A stretch of 64,000 bases of DNA, taken from assembly GCA_001820095.1 (NCBI GenBank), contig MHOO01000011.1, forward strand, positions 1,958 to 65,957, read 5' to 3'. Source of the stretch: Candidatus Staskawiczbacteria bacterium RIFCSPHIGHO2_01_FULL_39_25. GTDB lineage: Bacteria; Patescibacteriota; Minisyncoccia; Minisyncoccales; Staskawiczbacteraceae. The notes beneath the pieces were generated by a model. It ran no database searches, had not been told where the DNA came from, and saw only the letters and a program-made list of their open reading frames with translations. This document shows, piece after piece, positions 57,311-64,000 of the stretch. Made by a program: the position numbers and the translations under genes. The number at the start of each line of letters is the position of its first letter. The stretch's first letter is position 1.

Positions 57311-57342
57311 AAAAAACAACCCCGCGGGGTTGTTTTTTTAGT
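57311..57342 (+). terminator. rho-independent terminator
   Basis: aaaaaaacaaccccgcggggttgttttttt. Confidence 0.75.
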
Positions 57343-57347
57343 TTCTA

Positions 57348-57522
57348 GACCTTGAATTACGAAATGCTTTCACGGTATTTTCTCCAAATTTGAAGGCGAA
57401 AATGTGATAGAATTTTAAAATATAGTTTACTACATTTTAAAATTATTGCACATTTGTAGACCAAATTTGGAGAAAATACCTAAAACTTGCCGTTTCATGG
57501 GGCATTTCGTAATTCAAGGTCT
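57348..57522. mobile_element. MITE-like element copy 3 (TIR AGACCTTGAATTACGAAATGC / GCATTTCGTAATTCAAGGTCT)
   Basis: Perfect 21-bp TIRs; interior about 85% identical to copy 1; right end overlaps the PBP1A stop codon. Confidence 0.8.
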
Positions 57523-59854
57523 AGTAGTTCGGTGGCGGTGGTTCTGGGCTTGGAGTCGGCGTAGGTGTGGGCGTAGGTGTCGGTGGCGGGGTTTCTGTCG
57601 GGGACATTTCTTCTGGGGTTGGCTCTATTGTTCCCACCCAATTTCTTACCGCTTCTTCCCATAGGAAATACAGGGGGTCTTGGGCGGGGTTTTCGGGCGC
57701 CGGGCCTAAGGGATTATTTTTATTAATGTAGTGCAGAATGCTGTGGGTGGAATCTAGCGGCAGTTGGCCTAATAAAATGGGATTTATGTTTTGAGGAATT
57801 TCGGGCGCGGTAAAGTCTTCCTTTGGGTGGGTGCTTAGCATTTTTTCAATAATTTTTCTCCAAATGGGAGCTGCTAGGCCAATACCTGTTTTTTTGTTGG
57901 TTGAGCTGTTGTCATTATTGCCAACCCATACCCCTACCGAGGCAAATGGGGTATACCCCATTGTCCATGCATCGTTGTAGTATTGGGTGGTTCCTGTTTT
58001 AGCGGCCACCTGATAACTATCAAAGCGCAGGGCGTTATTTGCGCCAAATATGGGAGCCCTTGCATTATTATCTGAAAGAATATCATTAATCGCCCTTGCC
58101 GCTTGGGTATCAAGCACCTTAGTGGGTTGTTTGCGGTTCTCTTCAATAATATTCCCTTCGCTATCTTCTATTTTTAAAACGCTGACAGGGGGCGTTTTAA
58201 AGCCTTCGGTGGCAAAAACACCGTATGCCGAGGTCATTTCCAGTAAAGTTACCTCGCCTCCCCCCAACACCAAAGAGAGCCCATAGCGGTCCGGTTCGGT
58301 GAGGGTAGTAATGCCAAGATCTTGAGCGGTTTGCAAACTGTCTTTTAACCCAGTTAAGTATAGAAGTCCTACTGATGGTATATTAAGGGATTGGGCCAAT
58401 GAGGATTTTAGTGAAACCATTCCCCGATAGCCTCCATCGTAATCTTGGGGGTGGTAGCAGTTGAGGCCGTATTGGTCTTTCCTTTGGTTCCCGTCGGCGC
58501 TGCAATAAGGGTTGAATTCGGTTTTAATGTCCCACAATATAGTTGAGGGAGTATATCCTTTTTTAAAGGAAGTTGCGTAGACAAAGGGCTTAAAAGATGA
58601 TCCTGGCTGCCGCAAACCCATGGTTGCCACATCAAATTTAGGATCAAATAGACAACTGCCGCTGGTTTTTTCATCGCATCCTTTAGGATATGACTTTGCA
58701 AAGTAATCTTTTGATCCAACGAGGGATAAAATTTGCCCGGTTTTTGGGTCAATCACCACCACGGCGGTGTTGTTTGCATTAAATTGCACATTTGTTTTAT
58801 CGGCGGTTGCAATTACGTCTTCAATGTAATGTTGAAGCTCCCAGTCTATGCTGGTATACACCCTTAGCCCCTTTTCTTTTAAAAAGTCTTCTCCATACTT
58901 ATCCTCCAAGTATTTATTAACATACATTACAAAGTGGGGAGCCTTTATGGGTGTTAAAGAATCAGAAAAAACCAATGTTTCTTCTTTCGCTTCTTTTAAT
59001 TGTTGCTCATTAATATATCCAAGCTCTTTCATGCGGTCTAAAATATAGTCTTTCTTTTGAAGAAGCTGTTTTTTATGGGATCCGTAAGGGGAGTAGTAAC
59101 TTGGCGCCGGAATTAAGGCGGTGAGAACCGCAGCTTGAGCCATAGAAAGGTCGGAGGCGGGCTTGTTAAAATAGGTTTGGCTTGCCGCCTGGGCGCCATA
59201 AGCGTTTTGTCCAAAAGGGATGGCGTTTAGGTACCAGTTTAAAATTTGGTCTTTTGAGTACCTTCTTTCCAGCTCTATGCTTAATACCACCTCCCTTACT
59301 TTTCGGGATAGCGTTTTCTGGTTGGTTAAGTACACTGAACGGATAAGTTGCTGGGTGATGGTGGAACCTCCTTGTTTAGCTGATTGGAGCCTTAAATCAA
59401 CTAAGATAGATCGTGCAAGGGCCTTAAAATCTATGCCTCCATGCTGGTAGAATCTTGCATCCTCGGATGCAAGCACAGCGTTCTTTAAATTGCTTGAAAT
59501 TTTATCAAAGGGAACGATTACTCTTTTTTCTTCTCCGTAAATATCGTATAAGATAACTTTTCCCGTTCTATCATAGATTTTAGTTGATTGTATAAAGGGG
59601 CTCTCAGTGAATTTTTCCGGGCGGGGCAGGTCGTAGGTGTAATAGAAAAATAAAAATAACCCGAGGCTCAGCCCAAATAGCAGAAAAAAAGCAAAACATT
59701 TGGCGAAGAAAAATAGAATATCTCTTTTCCTCTTCTTTTTAATGGCAGTGAACGCATGGTAAAGCGATTTTTTTGTAGCCGAAAACGCCAAAACGAACCG
59801 TTTTTTTAGGGATGATTCTAAGGTGTTAGTAATAGTTTTTTTCTTTTTGGCCAT
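57521..59854 (-). CDS. class A penicillin-binding protein (PBP1A: glycosyltransferase + transpeptidase) with Pro/Thr-rich C-terminal tail
   Basis: GT51 motif ASEDARFYQHGGID; transpeptidase SSFKPF, SLN, KTGT; tail PTPTPTPTPTPSPEPPPP. Confidence 0.9.
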   Translation of the reverse strand: MAKKKKTITNTLESSLKKRFVLAFSATKKSLYHAFTAIKKKRKRDILFFFAKCFAFFLLFGLSLGLFLFFYYTYDLPRPEKFTESPFIQSTKIYDRTGKVILYDIYGEEKRVIVPFDKISSNLKNAVLASEDARFYQHGGIDFKALARSILVDLRLQSAKQGGSTITQQLIRSVYLTNQKTLSRKVREVVLSIELERRYSKDQILNWYLNAIPFGQNAYGAQAASQTYFNKPASDLSMAQAAVLTALIPAPSYYSPYGSHKKQLLQKKDYILDRMKELGYINEQQLKEAKEETLVFSDSLTPIKAPHFVMYVNKYLEDKYGEDFLKEKGLRVYTSIDWELQHYIEDVIATADKTNVQFNANNTAVVVIDPKTGQILSLVGSKDYFAKSYPKGCDEKTSGSCLFDPKFDVATMGLRQPGSSFKPFVYATSFKKGYTPSTILWDIKTEFNPYCSADGNQRKDQYGLNCYHPQDYDGGYRGMVSLKSSLAQSLNIPSVGLLYLTGLKDSLQTAQDLGITTLTEPDRYGLSLVLGGGEVTLLEMTSAYGVFATEGFKTPPVSVLKIEDSEGNIIEENRKQPTKVLDTQAARAINDILSDNNARAPIFGANNALRFDSYQVAAKTGTTQYYNDAWTMGYTPFASVGVWVGNNDNSSTNKKTGIGLAAPIWRKIIEKMLSTHPKEDFTAPEIPQNINPILLGQLPLDSTHSILHYINKNNPLGPAPENPAQDPLYFLWEEAVRNWVGTIEPTPEEMSPTETPPPTPTPTPTPTPSPEPPPPNY

Positions 59855-59954
59855 TTTTCCATTTAACCGATAGGTATATTATATCTTAAAAGACTTATAG
59901 AAATCCATAGGCCGCCGTGTTATTCCGTAATGAGCTAGGCTTAGCCTAACTCAA

Positions 59955-59990
59955 GCTAAAACCCCTCTTGAGAGGGGTTTTAGCTTATTG
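59955..59990. terminator. bidirectional hairpin terminator
   Basis: ctaaaacccctcttgagaggggttttag. Confidence 0.65.
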
Positions 59991-59999
59991 TGATTAAAT

Positions 60000-60203
60000 T
60001 TATTCTTCTTCGTCGGCCGCTACTTCATCGTCATCATCCTCTTCATCGTCTGCTTCATCATCCTTAACCTCTTCCTCTTCATTGCCATCGTCGTAATCAT
60101 CAAAGTCGTCTACTTGGCTGATAACATTGAGAAATTCCTCTTCCATTTTTTGAATTATTCTAATTATTCTAATTGCTCTAATAATACTAGCCAAGGGAGG
60201 CAT
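60000..60203 (-). CDS. small highly acidic protein (about 60% Asp/Glu)
   Basis: ATG at 60203 lies in the 130-bp inverted-repeat element (MPPLASIIRAIRIIRII); internal ATG at 60146 (MEEEFLNV) is an alternative start. Confidence 0.4.
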   Translation of the reverse strand: MPPLASIIRAIRIIRIIQKMEEEFLNVISQVDDFDDYDDGNEEEEVKDDEADDEEDDDDEVAADEEE

Positions 60204-60370
60204 AGGGGAAACCGCAGTTTCACATATGCCGACCGAGCGACGTATTATATAAATCCTATTTCTATTATTCTAAATAATAACTAATGTCTAATTTCTAAAA
60301 ACTTTTGGCATTAGGATTTAGGATTTGATTAGGTCAATTAGTATAATTAGGTTAATTAGACTAATTTATT
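60147..60370. repeat. composite repeat: ATTAG arm, 130-bp element 60153-60285 (inverted copy of 48655-48787), ATTAG arms to 60370
   Basis: See feature 48487-48787. Confidence 0.85.
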
Positions 60371-60438
60371 ATGCTTACTTTCCCTATTATATTTTTTCAC
60401 AGACCATTGTCAACCCCTTTTTTCCACAATCACATAAA

Positions 60439-60960
60439 TTACCCATGAACTCCTTTTAGGACAGCGCACAGGGCTATTCCTAAAGCATCTGCCGCATCAT
60501 CTTTTTTACGGCTTTTTTCTTTCAAGTTAAAGCTGCTTAAATCAAGCAATTCTTTGGTCATCTCTTGCACTTGTTTTTTTTCTGCCTTTCCGTAGCCGAC
60601 TACCGTCATTTTTACCTGAAGGGGGGTAAATTCAAGAGTAGGAATATTCTTTTTTGCCGCCGCTAATAGTATTACTCCCTTCGCCTGGCTCACCGGCATG
60701 GCCGTTTTAAAATTCTTAAAAAAATAAAGGCTTTCCACCGACATTATATCGGGTTTATGTTTTTCAATAAGCTTATTAATGGCATTATGGATTATTTTTA
60801 GCCGTTCTCCAGGAGAGTCAAAAGCAGTGGTGGTAATGCACCCAAAATCAACTACCTTGGGCTTTTCATTTCGGTCTTGGGGTAAATGCTTGGGAATTTT
60901 TGTAGTGATAACGCCGTACCCAACAATGGCGGTTCCCGGATCAATGCCTAAAATAATCAT
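60439..60960 (-). CDS. ruvC: crossover junction endodeoxyribonuclease RuvC
   Basis: MIILGIDPGTAIVGYGVI N-terminus with catalytic Asp; 173 aa. Confidence 0.9.
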   Translation of the reverse strand: MIILGIDPGTAIVGYGVITTKIPKHLPQDRNEKPKVVDFGCITTTAFDSPGERLKIIHNAINKLIEKHKPDIMSVESLYFFKNFKTAMPVSQAKGVILLAAAKKNIPTLEFTPLQVKMTVVGYGKAEKKQVQEMTKELLDLSSFNLKEKSRKKDDAADALGIALCAVLKGVHG

Positions 60961-61697
60961 AGCGAAAATTTCAAATTAGAGTATATATCCTGTATGGCGT
61001 CGTTTTCATCTAGCGCCTCAAAAAGCTTTTCAGCTTTTTCTTTATCCTTGCCGCTTATTTCGATTTCTTCTTTGGCAACCCAATCCAGCGACGCAGACTG
61101 AATTTTCAGCTGTTTTTCTTCCAATGCCTTTTTTATTTTTTCTAAGTCTTCCGGCTTGGTATAAATGGCCAGCATGTTCTCTTGCCAGCGCACGTCTTCT
61201 GCCCCAGCTTCTATGGCCAGCAGCTCAAGGGTCTCTTTTGCTCCTTGGTTTTCGGGCACCATAATAGCGCCCTTCCTATCAAACATCCATTTTACTGCCC
61301 CTTCTCCGGCTATCTTGCCTTCATGCTGGCTTAAAATGCTCTTTACATCTCCTAATGTCCTATTTTTATTGTCAGTAATGCCCTCCATAATAATAGAAAA
61401 ACCTCCGGGGCCGAATCCTTCAAAAGATACCTCTTCCAGGCTTTCACCTGCCAATTCTCCCGTGCCTTTTTTAATAGCCCTTTCAATGTTTTCTTTGGGC
61501 ATATTAAATTCTTTGGCTTTTTCTATGGCAGCCTTCAATTGAATATTGCTGGCAGCATCAGGCCCCTTTTCTTTTACAGCAATAGTAATAACCCTTCCCA
61601 TTTTGGAAAAGATTTTCCCTTTCTTGGCATCATTAGCGTTTTTGGTTGCTGCGACTGTTTTAAAATGGCTATGACCGGACATACTACGAATTTTCAA
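60957..61697 (-). CDS. YebC/PmpR-family transcriptional regulator
   Basis: MSGHSHFKTV..KKGKIFSKMGRVITIAVKEKG family N-terminus; 246 aa. Confidence 0.85.
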   Translation of the reverse strand: MKIRSMSGHSHFKTVAATKNANDAKKGKIFSKMGRVITIAVKEKGPDAASNIQLKAAIEKAKEFNMPKENIERAIKKGTGELAGESLEEVSFEGFGPGGFSIIMEGITDNKNRTLGDVKSILSQHEGKIAGEGAVKWMFDRKGAIMVPENQGAKETLELLAIEAGAEDVRWQENMLAIYTKPEDLEKIKKALEEKQLKIQSASLDWVAKEEIEISGKDKEKAEKLFEALDENDAIQDIYSNLKFSL

Positions 61698-61880
61698 TTT
61701 TCAATTTACAATTTTCAATAAGTAGGTGTCGAAATTTTCACAATAGGGTCGCGAGATTTATCCGCTTTAGCGGAAAATCCCGACCTAGGAAAATTTCGAC
61801 GGATTTAATTATTTCAAATTGAATAATTTCAAATTGATTTCAAATGGCCTAAATTTCAAATTTCAAATTGATTTTCCACC
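61685..61880. repeat. mixed short-period repeats (TTTTCAATT block; GGGTCGCGAGA hairpin copy c at 61746-61789; AAATTTCAAATT block)
   Basis: Copies elsewhere: 27160-27300, 42905-42960, 12049-12087, 15206-15248, 54285-54340. Confidence 0.7.
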
Positions 61881-62896
61881 TTTTTCTTTTTGAGTTTTAA
61901 ATTTATTATTAAAACTGCTGATGCGGAAACTATGGCTAAAGTAATGGCGGTTAAAAATAAGAGCCATGGATCTGACATTCCTTTTCCCAGTGGCGCACTT
62001 AATAATGAGCCCGCAGAATCTCCTATTGATGGCCCAGCTGCCGCCAATGCCAGGTTGCCCGCATTACTCTTATCAGATTTTTTGTTTTCTGGCAATATTT
62101 GGGTAATTTTATTTGCGGCGCCAGGCGTTAAGGTGCTGCTCCACTGCCAGCCGGATGCTGTGCCATTATAAGATTGGTTTTTTGGAGCATTCTGGTAAGA
62201 AGCCGAACTGACAATTTTTCCATTAGGCAAAATTAAATCTAGGCTGTCTTGGTCATTGTTTAGCGTGATGTTTGTTGCGGGCCTTTTTAACACCAAATAT
62301 CCCTTGCCCAATATGGTTATATTTTTGGGAAAAGTATATTCAGTGAGCGCTCCCTGGCTGTCTTTAATTTTCCAGCCCCCCATATCAACATCAAAGCTAT
62401 TGGCATTATACAATTCAATCCATTCGCTCGTATCATCCGGCCCTTCTGGCGCCGGCAGAATTTCATTAATCACAATACCGCCAGGATATATTATAGTATC
62501 GGGCGCCGGGCTTGCTTCTAGCTTTGGCGCGCTAGATACCACATTATTTTGTTCTTGGACGGGCGGGCTGGAATTTTCTACTTGAGCCGATGGTTCCGCT
62601 CCCGTGGTCTCGCCGGAGCTTTTAGCAGAGTCAGATCCCAAAACATAAGCCAATCCCTGGTCTTTTATTTTTTGTAATGTTTTTTCTCCAATGCCTTTCA
62701 CCCTCAATAAGTCATCAACTGATGAAAACGGCCTGGCGTCTACTATCCTTTGCGCTATGGTAGGCCCAACTCCTGTTAGCTCTTCTAATTGAGGTAGCGA
62801 GGCAGTATTGATCTCAACTTTATCTGCTGCAAAAACAAAAAGCGAAGCAAGCAATAAAACAAGGAATGTCAGCAAAACTTTCTTCATCTTTTTCAT
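61856..62896 (-). CDS. ComEA-like helix-hairpin-helix DNA-binding domain fused to a lamin-tail domain, with C-terminal TM anchor
   Basis: HhH: LEELTGVGPTIAQRIVDARPFSSVDDLLRVKGIGEKTLQKI; lamin-tail domain: GGIVINEILPAPEGPDDTSEWIELYNANSFDVDMGGWKIKD. Confidence 0.7.
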   Translation of the reverse strand: MKKMKKVLLTFLVLLLASLFVFAADKVEINTASLPQLEELTGVGPTIAQRIVDARPFSSVDDLLRVKGIGEKTLQKIKDQGLAYVLGSDSAKSSGETTGAEPSAQVENSSPPVQEQNNVVSSAPKLEASPAPDTIIYPGGIVINEILPAPEGPDDTSEWIELYNANSFDVDMGGWKIKDSQGALTEYTFPKNITILGKGYLVLKRPATNITLNNDQDSLDLILPNGKIVSSASYQNAPKNQSYNGTASGWQWSSTLTPGAANKITQILPENKKSDKSNAGNLALAAAGPSIGDSAGSLLSAPLGKGMSDPWLLFLTAITLAIVSASAVLIINLKLKKKKVENQFEI

Positions 62897-63025
62897 TATA
62901 CATTTTTATGTAAAAAAAGTCGCCAATGGTTGGCGACTTACACGAAAAAAGCACCAATCATATGAGAGGCGCCTTCGTGGTTTTAGGATGTGTGGGGTGG
63001 TGTGGAAAATTAATTTATCAGGCCA

Positions 63026-63290
63026 GGAGTGTGGGACTCGAACAGAACCAATTGAGCTCTCGTATATTGCTTGTATTCAAGGATTGAGGAATGAAACGAT
63101 GCCTTGCGCATCGTTTCATTCTGAATACGCAGAAGACAAGCAAGTGACAGAGCCCGAAGGGAAGCGAAAACAGAGATGATGTCTGCGTTGCGACTTCGGA
63201 AACATAGCGCAAGGCTATGTTTCCTCGTCGCGCCTTGACCTCATCTCTGTTTTCGCTTCTCAAGCTGGTTCTGTTCGAGTCCCACACCCC
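63026..63290. repeat. 265-bp nested palindromic element with 24-bp TIRs (GGAGTGTGGGACTCGAACAGAACC / GGTTCTGTTCGAGTCCCACACCCC); MITE or structured RNA
   Basis: Internal 13-bp hairpin 63089-63121 and a 20-bp outer stem gcgaaaacagagatgaNgtc enclosing further hairpins; TIRs resemble a tRNA T-arm/acceptor; contains the ruvB stop codon. Confidence 0.7.
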
Positions 63291-64000
63291 TAGGTTGCTT
63301 TATTTTTAGCCCTAAATGCTCATAGGCGCGAGAAGAGGCAATGCGCCCTTTTGGGGTACGCTCAATAAAGCCGCATTGCATTAAATAGGGTTCATACATA
63401 TCTAAAATGGTGTCTTCTTCTTCTAGGGCTGCTGCCGCTAGTGATTGAAGCCCCACGGGTCCGCCGTTAAACTTTTCTATTAAGGCCAGTAAGATTTTAA
63501 TATCTCCGGGTTCCAACCCCAATGGGTCAATTTCCAGAGAGCTTAGCGCGTGCTCGGTAATTTCTTTGGTGGCAATGCCGGTGCTTTTTACCTGGGCAAA
63601 ATCACGAACCCTTTTTAAAAGCCGGTTAGCAACCCGCGGCGTAAAGCGCGACCGTTTGGCGATAATGGCAATGGCTTCCGGCTCAATATTAATGTTCAAG
63701 ATTTTAGCAGACCGCTCAATAATTTTTTCAATATCTTCTGGATTGTAAAAATTAAGTTGGAAGGTAGCCCCGAACCGGTTTCTTAAGGGAGCTGACAACA
63801 GGCCCGGCCGCGTGGTAGCTCCGATAAGAGTAAAATGGGGAAGCTTTAATTCCATGGTTCTTGCCATGGGCCCCTTGCCTAAAATAAGGTTTAGCTTATA
63901 ATCTTCCATGGCAGGATAAATATATTCTTCCACGGATTTATGGATTCTGTGTATTTCATCTAAAAACAGGACATCGCCCTCGGCTAAGTTGGTTAAAATT
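63241..64000 (-). CDS. ruvB: Holliday junction branch-migration ATPase RuvB (partial; N-terminus beyond window)
   Basis: [24 protein letters not shown] sensor/arginine-finger region, winged-helix C-terminus; last about 16 codons are encoded by the palindromic element. Confidence 0.9.
   Translation of the reverse strand, partial: ILTNLAEGDVLFLDEIHRIHKSVEEYIYPAMEDYKLNLILGKGPMARTMELKLPHFTLIGATTRPGLLSAPLRNRFGATFQLNFYNPEDIEKIIERSAKILNINIEPEAIAIIAKRSRFTPRVANRLLKRVRDFAQVKSTGIATKEITEHALSSLEIDPLGLEPGDIKILLALIEKFNGGPVGLQSLAAAALEEEDTILDMYEPYLMQCGFIERTPKGRIASSRAYEHLGLKIKQPRGVGLEQNQLEKRKQR

Noticed and set aside
63026-63290. RNase P RNA or tmRNA in the palindromic element
   Set aside because: No P4 consensus (AGGAAAGTCCGGGCTC / ACAGAAnCCGGCTTA) and no GGGG...tag ORF...ACCA architecture. 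Perfect nested symmetry argues for a repeat element rather than a functional RNA.
1-64000. CRISPR array
   Set aside because: The many short repeats (ATTAG, TTTTCAATT, CGGATTTCG, etc.) are tandem or inverted with 8-9-bp periods and no regularly spaced unique spacers of 25-40 nt. No cas genes are present.

Overview
Overall: the window reads as a small, AT-rich, gene-dense bacterial chromosome with short housekeeping genes. That is most consistent with a Candidate Phyla Radiation / Patescibacteria-type genome, but this is inference from gene content (short infB, short sigma-70, DUF5671-like and T4SS-pilin-like proteins); no search was run.

Genes: about 64 CDS. The backbone is housekeeping (ftsH, rplS, rbfA-infB, rny, clpP-tig, hppA, nusA, cca, rpsO-NYN-pnp, comM/yifB, ksgA, PBP1A, ruvC/yebC/ruvB). 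A classic origin locus is present: rpmH-rnpA-yidC-jag on the minus strand, then dnaA-dnaN on the plus strand, with DnaA boxes.

tRNAs: 17 tRNA genes were called by hand from the sequence, an unusually high density for 64 kb.

Repeats:
- 9-bp-periodic ATTAG arrays sit directly on gene start codons and supply ATG/TTG starts.
- Related short-period repeat families sit in intergenic regions and in-frame inside ksgA and cca.
- Three copies of a MITE-like element with about 20-bp terminal inverted repeats (TTGAATTACGAAATGC).
- A hairpin repeat family (GGGTCGCGAGA...CCCGACCTAGG).
- A 265-bp nested palindromic element overlapping the ruvB stop.
- A pair of about 130-bp inverted repeats 11.4 kb apart that bracket oriC/dnaA/dnaN.

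Most interesting locus (43.5-52.2 kb), a type-IV-secretion / conjugation-like cluster next to the origin:
- a VirB6/TrbL-like polytopic membrane protein;
- a PrgI/VirB3-like small membrane protein;
- a VirB4-family ATPase split into two ORFs by a 300-bp repeat cassette;
- a 538-aa protein whose N-terminus matches the T4SS-pilin-like fold of a free-standing pilin gene 17 kb upstream;
- two four-helix-bundle (23S-IVS / Avd-like) genes in repeat-flanked cassettes.

Other accessory-looking genes: an HTH + LAGLIDADG-like ORF and an HExxH ORF between tRNAs; a 360-aa coiled-coil hypothetical next to a tRNA cluster with atypical composition; a ComEA-HhH + lamin-tail-domain protein; a small very acidic protein.

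No CRISPR array, rRNA, transposase or integrase gene is visible.
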